A stretch of DNA of 8,236 nt from a virus (IMGVR_UViG_2695420745_000009), one strand, 5' to 3'; numbered from the stretch's first letter, positions 1-6,940 are shown. The notes: generated by a model not told the origin, from the sequence alone. Translations and numbers: made by a program.

Positions 1-31
1 TGGTAGTGTCCGCTATTGCCAGTACACCTCA
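1..31. repeat. Left copy of a 31-nt terminal inverted repeat; exact reverse complement of 8205-8235
   Basis: Direct comparison: reverse complement of 8205-8235 equals 1-31; identity stops at position 32. With an A added before position 1, the + strand reads ATG GTA GTG ... = MVVSAIASTP, the same first 10 codons as the minus-strand ORF starting at 8236. That frame continues to a TGA at 114-116. Confidence 0.8.
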
Positions 32-434
32 GGGTATAAGGGGTTATGGCCACCGGACTACCAAACGGCTGCCAGCCCTCTTTCAGTTTATGTGTCAGCT
101 TTTCCGCAAGATCTGACGGCGGCGCCGCCNNNNNNNNNNNNNNNNNNNNNNNNNNNNNNNNNNNNNNNNNNNNNNNNNNNNNNNNNNNNNNNNNNNNNNN
201 NNNNNNNNNNNNNNNNNNNNNNNNNNNNNNNNNNNNNNNNNNNNNNNNNNNNNNNNNNNNNNNNNNNNNNNNNNNNNNNNNNNNCATGTAATACAGAAAA
301 AACACAAAACCATACCTTAAATAAAAACCTGATTATCAAGCAGATATGCATGGATAAACTACAAGACGAGATATAAACCACCCTGCATTTAAATAAACAA
401 TAAACAACATCAGAAAAATAATTCTGCTCTATGG

Positions 435-463
435 TTTACATTCAAAAATATCATTTATACTTT
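435..463 (+). promoter_or_regulatory. Candidate sigma70 promoter (TTTACA, 17-nt spacer, TACTTT) upstream of ORF 502-837
   Basis: -35 TTTACA at 435-440 and -10 TACTTT at 458-463 in an AT-rich intergenic stretch; followed by an AAGGAAA Shine-Dalgarno at 491-497 and ATG at 502. Motif match by eye only. Confidence 0.3.
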
Positions 464-501
464 TCAGAACATCACCAGCAAGGCATAAACAAGGAAACTA
501 A

Positions 502-837
502 ATGAAGTGGATTGTGATTGATACAGTTATCCAGCCATCATGCGGAATATCTTTTTCAGTCATATGGAGTAAAATAAAATTAATAATCTGGTATCAATCG
601 GATGCTTTCTTACCTCCTGAAAGTATATTTACACTGACTCACACAGGCATCATGCTCAATAACAAAGTGCTACCTGTAACCATTTACAACGTAGTACCAT
701 TCAATAAAACATTCTGGAATTCAATCAAAAATAGCCAGGAATGCCCTACAAATACAGATAACGTATTGAATGAATGCTTTAATAACCGTTGCACTCTGCA
801 AATATGTCCTTATGGACTAAAACAACAAAGTCCATAA
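502..837 (+). CDS. Hypothetical protein, 111 aa, AT-rich cargo-like gene, no family recognised
   Basis: Intact ORF in the six-frame track with an AAGGAAA ribosome-binding site 5-11 nt upstream and a plausible promoter. It runs opposite to the phage late genes. A GC-rich hairpin lies 35 nt downstream. No conserved motif recognised. Confidence 0.4.
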   Translation: MKWIVIDTVIQPSCGISFSVIWSKIKLIIWYQSDAFLPPESIFTLTHTGIMLNNKVLPVTIYNVVPFNKTFWNSIKNSQECPTNTDNVLNECFNNRCTLQICPYGLKQQSP

Positions 838-871
838 GGAGTTTACTCACATCTGACAAAATCAATATAAA

Positions 872-936
872 CAGCCCCTCCGGAGAGGGGCTGGAGAGTG
901 GCGCTATGTGCCATTGCATGGTGCCGGGTGCCTCCC
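872..936. repeat. Copy 1 of a ~64-bp direct repeat carrying a 9-bp GC-rich hairpin (cagcccctc-cgga-gaggggctg); runs into an N-run
   Basis: 873-936 is near-identical to 1153-1215 (one 1-nt indel, one substitution). Hairpin at 872-893. On the minus strand the hairpin is followed by TTTATATTGATTTTG, so it looks like a minus-oriented intrinsic terminator. Confidence 0.75.
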
Positions 937-1152
937 NNNNNNNNNNNNNNNNNNNNNNNNNNNNNNNNNNNNNNNNNNNNNNNNNNNNNNNNNNNNNNNN
1001 NNNNNNNNNNNNNNNNNNNNNNNNNNNNNNNNNNNNNNNNNNNCGATACGCCCTGCCTGCTGACAGGCTTTCATCACATCTGAAAATATAGCACCCTGAC
1101 TGATACTGTAGTACCTAAGGTTCCAGAAACTGTGATGTATCCGGCACAGAAA

Positions 1153-1215
1153 AGCCCCTCCGGAGAGGGCTGGAGAGTGGCGCTATGTGCCATTGCATGA
1201 TGCCGGGTGCCTCCC
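1153..1215. repeat. Copy 2 of the ~64-bp hairpin-bearing direct repeat
   Basis: Same sequence as 873-936 with a shortened stem (gcccctc-cgga-gagggc); on the minus strand it is followed by TTTTCTGTG. Confidence 0.75.
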
Positions 1216-1563
1216 GGTGAATTCAGTACCAGCACCTGAATCCGCGATTATCCCATATACCTACTCGCTGATTGCCCCTCCGCACAGGGGGATTCACCAT
1301 GCCAGTTTCTTTTAACAAACTCCCCGCAAACCAGACAACAGTCAACCGCCTGAATTGTGAAGTATTTAAAAATTTCTCCCGCTAACTGATACCCGGCTAA
1401 CAGTCTGGCGTTTTCTTTTTCAGCAACGGGAAAGCAACAACCACCACACCCGCCACCAGCACACCGTCAGCCAGCACTGACATTATCCGGCTGCTGCAAT
1501 GCCATTCACAAAAACAGTAAGCAATCACTTTTTACCGTAACAGGTGATAATCCAGATATGTAT

Positions 1564-1890
1564 CTACCCCAGATGAGTAATCCGAAGTTCATCCATACCA
1601 CAGGTCCTGGCTATTCTGTTGTACTCCTGAACAAGAGCAAATAATTCTGAATTAGCAACCATGAACTCATCGCAAACCCTCTGTATAGCATCACTATTCA
1701 GAATAATAACGTCTCTTCCCGAAAGACGATCAGGAGTACAGAACAAAACTGTCAAACGGCTGAAGGCCTTTGCTCGTGCTGCATTGACTATATCAATACG
1801 CTGCCTAAGGATGAAACACCCCGACGCCTCATCAATATTCACTCTACCCACACCATATGAATGATAAATATTTAATGCTGAAAAAACCAT
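1564..1890 (-). CDS. Hypothetical ORF (108 aa from ATG at 1890; 117 aa from TTG at 1917) in the slot Stx phages use for stxAB; weak coding evidence
   Basis: Longest ORF between the tRNA cluster and the AT-rich region. No convincing Shine-Dalgarno before either start, and a 67-aa ORF overlaps it on the other strand. No similarity to Stx A or B subunits recognised by eye. Confidence 0.25.
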   Translation of the reverse strand: MVFSALNIYHSYGVGRVNIDEASGCFILRQRIDIVNAARAKAFSRLTVLFCTPDRLSGRDVIILNSDAIQRVCDEFMVANSELFALVQEYNRIARTCGMDELRITHLG

Positions 1891-2037
1891 TAGACCGTAT
1901 AACAAACACTCAATCAATACTTAACAGAACTTTTATTTTTGACAAACATAAAATATTTTCAACAATATCCTGAGCCAGGTATATTTCAGTATAAGGCTCT
2001 GCCGGAAGGAATCTGGAAGAATGAATATGGCGCGCTG

Positions 2038-2114
2038 TACTGGATTCGAACCAGTGACCGATTGCTTAGAAGGCAATTGCTCTGTCCGGCTGAGCTAACA
2101 ACGCATGATGCAGA
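2038..2114 (-). tRNA. argO: tRNA-Arg (anticodon UCU), positional equivalent of argO in Stx phages
   Basis: Minus-strand sequence GCGTTGT-TA-GCTC-AGCCGGACA-GAGC-A-ATTGC-CTTCTAA-GCAAT-CGGTC-ACTGG-TTCGAAT-CCAGT-ACAGCGC-G-CCA folds as a cloverleaf: 7-bp acceptor stem (one G-U pair), TTCGAAT T-loop, anticodon loop CU-UCU-AA, encoded CCA. Confidence 0.9.
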
Positions 2115-2185
2115 TAATGGACCGCCATCGGGGACTTGAACNNNNNNNNNNNNNNNNNNNNNACCGTCTGAATTGTGAGACATTT

Positions 2186-2211
2186 AAAAAAAAGGCCCGC
2201 AAAAGCGAGCC
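2186..2211 (-). terminator. Intrinsic-terminator-like hairpin between the two Arg tRNA genes
   Basis: Minus strand reads GGCTCGC-TTTT-GCGGGCC (7-bp stem with one G-U) followed by TTTTTTTTAAATG. It lies 15 nt downstream of the 3' end of the 2226-2302 tRNA. Confidence 0.5.
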
Positions 2212-2225
2212 AGGGAAAATAAGTG

Positions 2226-2302
2226 TGGCGCGTTGTACTGGATTCGAACCAGTGACCGATTGCTTAGAAGGCAATTGCTCTGTCCGGCTGAGCTAACAAC
2301 GC
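2226..2302 (-). tRNA. argN: tRNA-Arg (anticodon UCU), positional equivalent of argN
   Basis: Near-identical to the 2038-2114 tRNA (one acceptor-stem difference giving a fully Watson-Crick 7-bp stem GCGTTGT/ACAACGC), discriminator G, encoded CCA, anticodon loop CTTCTAA. Confidence 0.9.
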
Positions 2303-2402
2303 TGAATACCGATAATGGACCGCCATCGGGGACCCGCCCCCGCACCAACAACCCTGTTATCGTGTCGTCTGCTCTTCCTGATAAGCTAATGGCGGTTTGT
2401 GA

Positions 2403-2478
2403 TGGTGGCCCTTGCTGGATTTGAACCAGCGACCTGGCGATTATGAGTCGCTCGCTCTCACCACTGAGCTAAAGGGCC
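2403..2478 (-). tRNA. ileZ: tRNA with CAU anticodon, ileX-like (tRNA-Ile2 read as LAU after lysidinylation), positional equivalent of ileZ
   Basis: Minus strand GGCCCTTTAGCTCAGTGGTGAGAGCGAGCGACTCATAATCGCCAGGTCGCTGGTTCAAATCCAGCAAGGGCCACCA: 7-bp acceptor stem GGCCCTT/AAGGGCC, anticodon loop CTCATAA, encoded CCA. It closely resembles E. coli ileX as remembered. Anticodon alone cannot separate Ile2 from Met. Confidence 0.85.
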
Positions 2479-2487
2479 GGGAGCCGC

Positions 2488-2516
2488 ATAATAACGACGC
2501 GTAATTAATTCTTCAA
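2488..2516 (-). promoter_or_regulatory. Candidate sigma70 promoter for the tRNA cluster (TTGAAG, 17-nt spacer, TATTAT)
   Basis: Minus strand reads TTGAAG (plus 2511-2516), a 17-nt spacer, then TATTAT (plus 2488-2493); the tRNA 5' end at 2478 is about 9 nt downstream of the -10. It sits directly after the methyltransferase stop codon (2519-2521). Confidence 0.5.
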
Positions 2517-2518
2517 TA

Positions 2519-3577
2519 TCATCCGTTCTGGCTGACTAAATCCTGTACTTCCCGAACCGTCTGCTCAAAACGTTCAGTCTCCAGCTCAACGCCAATTGCA
2601 CGACGCCCGAGCGCCAGTGCCGCTTTCACTGTCGAACCCAACCCCATGAAAAAATCTGCAATCAGGTCACCCGGACGACTGCTAGCGCTGATTATCTGCT
2701 GCAGCATTTCTGCCGGTTTTTCGCACGGATGTTTCCCGGGATAGAACTGCACCGGTTTATGCGTCCACACATCGGTATACGGCACCTGCACCGTCACGCC
2801 AAAATACCGCCGCAGATGTTTATATTCACTCAGCAGCTCCGCATACTGCCGGTTCAGTGAGGTATACGTATCCACCAGCTGGTGGTGGAGCTTTTCCAGT
2901 TCACCACGCCGATGCTTCTCTTCTGCCACCCGGGCAAACAGCGCCTGTAATTTCAGATAATCGCTTTCATTCGGCAACTGCCACTGACCGGCACTGAACC
3001 AGTGCGACACCATGTTTTTCTTTCCTGTGGCATCTGCAATCTGTTTTGCCGTTATCCCCAGGGCAGCTCGCGCATCACGAAAGTAAGAAATCAGCGGGGC
3101 CATCACATGCTGTTTCAGTGCACTGCCCTTCGCCGCATACCCGGCATCTTTCGGACGATACGGCCCCTGATAATGTTCCGCGAACAGAATGCGCTCTGTG
3201 GCGGGGAAATACGCCCGCAGGCTTTCCTTGTTGCATCCGTTCCAGCGTCCGGACGGCTTCGCCCAGATAATATGGTTCAGCACACTGAAGCGTTCACGCA
3301 TCATGATTTCGATATCAGATGCCAGGCGATGACCACAGAACAGGTAAAGACTTCCGGCAGGTTTCAGCACCCGCCAGAACTGCGCCAGACACTGGTCCAG
3401 CCACTTCAGGTAATCATCGTCGCCCTTCCACTGGTTATCCCAGCCCTCAGGCTTCACTTTAAAGTACGGCGGGTCCGTGACTATCAGGTCAACAGAATTT
3501 TCGGGTAACGACCGGATAAATTCCAGGCAGTCGGCGTTGATTAACTCACAACTGGATATTTTTACAGTATTAAGCAT
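2519..3577 (-). CDS. DNA methyltransferase, beta-class (N6-adenine or N4-cytosine), 352 aa, no adjacent restriction endonuclease
   Basis: Motif IV DPPY near the N-terminus (VTDPPYF) and motif I FxGxG near the C-terminus (DFFMGLGST). That order defines the beta permutation of amino-MTases. Position between the Q-like gene and the tRNAs matches phage-borne methylases of Stx-type prophages. Confidence 0.85.
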   Translation of the reverse strand: MLNTVKISSCELINADCLEFIRSLPENSVDLIVTDPPYFKVKPEGWDNQWKGDDDYLKWLDQCLAQFWRVLKPAGSLYLFCGHRLASDIEIMMRERFSVLNHIIWAKPSGRWNGCNKESLRAYFPATERILFAEHYQGPYRPKDAGYAAKGSALKQHVMAPLISYFRDARAALGITAKQIADATGKKNMVSHWFSAGQWQLPNESDYLKLQALFARVAEEKHRRGELEKLHHQLVDTYTSLNRQYAELLSEYKHLRRYFGVTVQVPYTDVWTHKPVQFYPGKHPCEKPAEMLQQIISASSRPGDLIADFFMGLGSTVKAALALGRRAIGVELETERFEQTVREVQDLVSQNG

Positions 3578-3669
3578 GGATCATTAAGCCTGTCTCTGAT
3601 AGGCTCATTCTGCTTTTGCGCAAAGCAGTGGGCCTGAGGTTTGCTTGTGAACCCAACGCATGAGCAGAT

Positions 3670-3700
3670 GGCTGGTGGGTGTTAGGGGCACCCACCAGCC
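3670..3700. promoter_or_regulatory. Perfect 12-bp inverted repeat with 7-nt spacer (ggctggtgggtg-ttagggg-cacccaccagcc), about 95 nt upstream of the methyltransferase start
   Basis: Arms 3670-3681 and 3689-3700 are exact reverse complements. No U-tract follows on either strand, so it is not a canonical terminator. Candidate operator, RNA processing site or structural element. Confidence 0.45.
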
Positions 3701-3713
3701 GCCCATTTACCAC

Positions 3714-3741
3714 AAATAAAAAAGCCTTCACTGCGGAAGGC
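3714..3741 (-). terminator. Rho-independent terminator (candidate tR'-like) between the Q-like gene and the methyltransferase
   Basis: Minus strand reads GCCTTC-CGCAGT-GAAGGC followed by TTTTTTATTTGTG. It lies roughly 200 nt downstream of the N-masked stretch where a Q-dependent late promoter would be expected. Confidence 0.6.
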
Positions 3742-4099
3742 GTCTGTAANNNNNNNNNNNNNNNNNNNNNNNNNNNNNNNNNNNNNNNNNNNNNNNNNCC
3801 CCCCCCCGCCATAACCAGCTGGGTCAGTATTAACTGGCAGCGTTCGCGTGAAAGGTAAGTATTCTGCGCTATCTCCCCGACTGTCGCCGGTTCGGTAACG
3901 CTTNNNNNNNNNNNNNNNNNNNNNNNNNNNNNNNNNNNNNNNNNNNNNNNNNNNNNNNNNNNNNNNNNNNNNNNNNNNNNNNNNNNNNNNNNNNNNNNNN
4001 NNNNNNNGACACACCAATAACTCTTGTCGAAAAAGCCAGCAAGCTGAAAGACAGGTATTCACCGCCACCAGCGCGTTTACTGTACTGACGCGATTTCAG

Positions 4100-5026
4100 T
4101 CATAAAAAACCCGCTCGGCGGCGGGTTGTAGAAACTCTTCTAACGTCAGGCATAAAACGCCCATNNNNNNNNNNNNNNNNNNNNNNNNNNNNNNNNNNNN
4201 NNNNNNACCTAGTTACCTTTTTTAACTGCCGCTCAGCCCATGCTTCTTCAATATCAAACCGAGTCACCAGCGCATCATAGAATTTCTTAACTGTTTTTTC
4301 CCATGACGCGCGTGTTATCTGGTTTGTCACCTCGCATATAGCATTAAATGCCTCCGTTGATGGTAGTCTTTCATAGCCACGACCACCACAACGCTGGCAG
4401 TCTCTGATAACAGGCATACCACGTTTTACCGACTCTTCACGATGAATGGCGACACCACGCCCACGGCAATCCTTACAGGCGGTGGAAACCTCACCCTTTC
4501 CGCCACACTCCGGACAGGCAACTTTTACCACCTCCCTGACTTTTTTCCATTCTTCCCAGTAAGACGGATACACACCTTTCGTACACTTTGCCCATACCGG
4601 CGGCTTACCATCCGGATACTGGATCTTGTTTGTAAAAACCTCGCTTTCAATAAATTTTTTTCCGTGACAGCAGGGGCACTGTTTTTTGCTCGCCGCGCTA
4701 CGGGCATAATCTTCAAACGCATACGAAGCCATAATACGCATCACTGCCGGTTTTATTTCTGCCGGGAGTTTTCTTAACGCCGCCACGCGATCACACCGAC
4801 TGAGTGCATATTCTGTCAGCAATTCTGTTGCCCGCTCTCTGTCATTCATACTAATGCCCATTTTCCCAAGGAACGCAGAAACCCCCATCTCAGCCCGATT
4901 CTGTGTCATGCCCTGCGCGGCCATCACATCAGTGATACTCAGCGCATCTTTCGACGTTGAGGCCGATGCATCAGTCAGGCCGGGGGATTTTGGGGAGTAG
5001 TATTTCGGTAAATCTTCCAGTTTCAT
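4100..5026 (-). CDS. Putative late-gene antiterminator (Q-like, QuuQ-type) with four CxxCxGxG DnaJ-type zinc-finger repeats; C-terminus uncertain
   Basis: Sits where Q sits: directly after rusA, before the terminator, methylase and tRNAs. Contains CPCCHGKK, CPECGGKG, CKDCRGRG and CQRCGGRG. Its ATG overlaps the rusA stop (ATGA). The 3' part reads through 42 masked nt, so length and stop are not verified. Confidence 0.55.
   Translation of the reverse strand: MKLEDLPKYYSPKSPGLTDASASTSKDALSITDVMAAQGMTQNRAEMGVSAFLGKMGISMNDRERATELLTEYALSRCDRVAALRKLPAEIKPAVMRIMASYAFEDYARSAASKKQCPCCHGKKFIESEVFTNKIQYPDGKPPVWAKCTKGVYPSYWEEWKKVREVVKVACPECGGKGEVSTACKDCRGRGVAIHREESVKRGMPVIRDCQRCGGRGYERLPSTEAFNAICEVTNQITRASWEKTVKKFYDALVTRFDIEEAWAERQLKKVTRXXXXXXXXXXXXXXXGRFMPDVRRVSTTRRRAGFL
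4103..4125 (-). terminator. Terminator-like hairpin plus T-tract at the 3' end of the Q-like ORF
   Basis: Minus strand reads CCCGC-CGCCGA-GCGGG followed by TTTTTTATGA; the TGA inside the T-tract is the stop of the ORF as drawn. The true stop of the gene is uncertain because of the N-run at 4165-4206. Confidence 0.45.
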
Positions 5027-5403
5027 TTTTTGACCTGCCCTTCAAGCATTATGGGATAAATCTTCACCCCCAGACGTCCACCAGATACTGGCTGACCACG
5101 AACGATATTGATTTCATCAAACTGCTCATCGTCCATTAGCAACCCCGCATGCGTCAGCGCATCCAGCGGCGCTTTCAGAATATTGTCCAGGTCACGGCGG
5201 CGCTTATCCGGTGGTTCTGCAATAATTTTTATTGCCAACCTTCCGGACAGGCTTAATTTCAGCCGCTGCTGGCGAACAATAAGCGCCACTGCCCGGCGAT
5301 AACGCTCCCCGGCTTTTGATACAAAATATGTGCTGCCACGACGACGCCAGTAAGTGTTCACCGTCGGCGGGTAAGGTAAAACAAATTCTATGCGCTCGGT
5401 CAT
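5023..5403 (-). CDS. rusA: RusA-family Holliday junction resolvase, 126 aa
   Basis: Recalled similarity to E. coli RusA including the acidic catalytic region (PPDKRRRDLDNILKAPLDALTHAGLLMDDEQ versus RusA [31 protein letters not shown]); lambdoid nin-region context; start overlaps the stop of the upstream DUF968 gene (TAATG). Confidence 0.85.
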   Translation of the reverse strand: MTERIEFVLPYPPTVNTYWRRRGSTYFVSKAGERYRRAVALIVRQQRLKLSLSGRLAIKIIAEPPDKRRRDLDNILKAPLDALTHAGLLMDDEQFDEINIVRGQPVSGGRLGVKIYPIMLEGQVKK

Positions 5404-6462
5404 TTATGCTTTCCACTTCAGAACACCCGAATTTCTCGCGTGCATTAAAAAACGAATCAGCAACAACAGCTGACTGCCGTGTTTCTCTTCAAAATCTTTT
5501 ACTCCGGCATGTAGTTCGTTACGGCATTTACGGCATAACGGAATAACAAACAAATCATCAGCCTTTGTTCCCATCCCTCCCAGTCCATGACCAATGATGT
5601 GATGCGGATCATCTGCCTGATTGCCACACGTCATGCATTTCTGCGTTTTTACCCAGCGCGTGTATACAGGCATCTCTTCCCGTTGTGATTTCTGGCGCTG
5701 GAGATACTGAGCCGGTGACTCCGGATCAACGGCAATGCTGACCACCGTCTTTTCCTGTGGTGGGTTCTGTTGCTGGTGGACGTGAGGCAGTAACGCAATA
5801 TTTTTTGTGCGCTGCTTCAGTATGCTGGTGGCTGTCTGCTCTCCCGGTATGATGTCGCTTTCACTGTACACAGAGCGAATTTTTTCCGCACGCAACCCCA
5901 GCGAACGACGTAATACCGCTTCCGGTAGCGCGTCCGCCACCTGATTGCGGACCGCCCACCAGGATAATTCAGCCAGAGATAATTCACGCTCCTGCGTACC
6001 GCTTATTGCGTGACCGATGACGTCAATCATCCATGCTGACAGGTTTTGATGAGCAAGTTGCTCGAGTGATTCGGATGTCTGGTCACGCAGCTGGTTGTCG
6101 CAGTGCCAGCACAACACCATTGCGCCGGTACCATAACGGTGAATGACGGTTTCGCTGTGATGATAATCGCCGTGTGGCCACTGGCAGGATTTAATATGGC
6201 GCACCAGCCAGTCAGACAATGCACCAGCACCACCAGCAGCACGAATCACCCGTGCGTTACTGAAAAACGGCAGCAATGTTTTGTCTTCCACCAGCGGCTG
6301 GCGAGCGGCAGGAACGACCCCGGACGGCAGATTACGCATGCTTTTTGGTTCCGGCTCCACCAGTATTCTGCCGTTATGGAATGCTGACATTGATTCACGG
6401 CCTGGCTTAACGATAACCAGACCGAGTTCCGGTACCAGAACAGGTCGAAGTAATACCCGCAC
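5404..6462 (-). CDS. DUF968 / YdfU-like prophage protein with C-terminal HNH-like zinc-finger motif, 352 aa, GTG start
   Basis: C-terminal CMTCGNQADDPHHIIGHGLGG...CRKCRNELH (CxxC...HH...CxxC...H). GTG start at 6462 is preceded by GGAGGT 5 nt upstream. Same position as ydfU in the K-12 Qin prophage (quuQ-ydfU-rem-hokD). Family assignment is from memory and synteny. Confidence 0.7.
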   Translation of the reverse strand: MRVLLRPVLVPELGLVIVKPGRESMSAFHNGRILVEPEPKSMRNLPSGVVPAARQPLVEDKTLLPFFSNARVIRAAGGAGALSDWLVRHIKSCQWPHGDYHHSETVIHRYGTGAMVLCWHCDNQLRDQTSESLEQLAHQNLSAWMIDVIGHAISGTQERELSLAELSWWAVRNQVADALPEAVLRRSLGLRAEKIRSVYSESDIIPGEQTATSILKQRTKNIALLPHVHQQQNPPQEKTVVSIAVDPESPAQYLQRQKSQREEMPVYTRWVKTQKCMTCGNQADDPHHIIGHGLGGMGTKADDLFVIPLCRKCRNELHAGVKDFEEKHGSQLLLLIRFLMHARNSGVLKWKA

Positions 6463-6537
6463 ATTACCTCCAGATCCGTTGCTGGAATGTGCGGGACGGA
6501 CGCGTTGGCCGTTCGGAGTAAGGGAGCCTGACGGAGA

Positions 6538-6819
6538 TTATCCAGTGACGGTAGTCGAGGCTAAGGGCTTTTTTAACCTCGCATCCGCGCCTGCGGTAAC
6601 ACTGAATGAGCCATTCGGCCTGTTCTTCAGTGCATGGGGGATGCTGGTACCAATCAGATTTAAATGCGTGAGAGCGCCGCCCGTGCCTGCTGGCAAAGAC
6701 GGCTGAATTATCAGAATTGTGTAGTCTGGAAGGCAGTGGCTGACAATAGCGCCATTCTCAACGCGCACAGTATAGAGGCCATCTTCACTAAAAATTTCAC
6801 GTAATTCTTCGATTTTCAT
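6538..6819 (-). CDS. Hypothetical small protein, 93 aa from ATG at 6819, positional equivalent of rem in Qin prophage
   Basis: ATG at 6819 preceded by AAGGA about 8 nt upstream; lies between the hok terminator and the DUF968 gene. Identity with Rem is not verified by sequence. Confidence 0.5.
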   Translation of the reverse strand: MKIEELREIFSEDGLYTVRVENGAIVSHCLPDYTILIIQPSLPAGTGGALTHLNLIGTSIPHALKNRPNGSFSVTAGADARLKKPLASTTVTG

Positions 6820-6940
6820 CAACAGAATCCTTCCAGATAAATAGCACTCCCCTGTTCGGGGTCCATCCCTCTTCTCCCTGCGCGCTACTTAAGTATTTTT
6901 GATTCTATTCCGGCACCATCTAAAACTTCAAACGCGTTGA

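Noticed and set aside
46-381. Four overlapping ORFs (46-291, 88-381, 92-376, 95-313) in the ORF track
   Set aside because: Each is open only because it reads through the 155-nt N-run (translated as X). There is no sequence evidence for coding.
789-1091. ORFs 789-1091 and 898-1083 on the + strand
   Set aside because: Both span the N-run at 937-1043 and overlap the hairpin repeat; they are most likely artefacts of the masking.
1346-1383. Motif ctgaattgtga..atttaaaaa at 1348-1381, similar to the spacer motif at 2165-2193, as a possible extra tRNA gene
   Set aside because: The flanking sequence does not fold into a cloverleaf and has no tRNA-like acceptor or T-arm; it is probably a relic of a duplicated spacer.
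1564-2037. Possible Shiga toxin genes downstream of the tRNA cluster
   Set aside because: The only ORF there shows no resemblance to Stx A or B subunits as remembered, and no second B-subunit-sized ORF follows. The module is Stx-phage-like in architecture but stx-negative in this window.
1939-2424. ORFs 1939-2139, 1986-2183, 2105-2296 and 2233-2424
   Set aside because: They are translations across the tRNA genes and their spacers; the two + strand ones repeat the same peptide (RTSDRLLRRQLLCPAELTT) because the Arg tRNA is duplicated. Not protein-coding.
3002-3508. ORFs 3002-3508 and 3046-3270 on the + strand, inside the methyltransferase gene
   Set aside because: Antisense frames within a gene that has clear conserved motifs on the other strand; no start signals of their own.
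3570-4068. ORFs 3570-3812 and 3682-4068 on the minus strand
   Set aside because: Both run through N-runs and across two terminator hairpins and a perfect palindrome; this is regulatory, non-coding sequence.
4442-4777. ORFs 4442-4777 (+) and 4525-4722 (-) inside the Q-like gene
   Set aside because: Alternative frames within a gene supported by its zinc-finger repeats and operon context.
5108-6706. Alternative-frame and antisense ORFs overlapping rusA and the DUF968 gene (5108-5302, 5204-5416, 5316-5546, 6027-6242, 6103-6387, 6246-6464, 6281-6706)
   Set aside because: They overlap genes with recognisable motifs and coupled start signals; GC-rich coding sequence often gives open frames in other phases.
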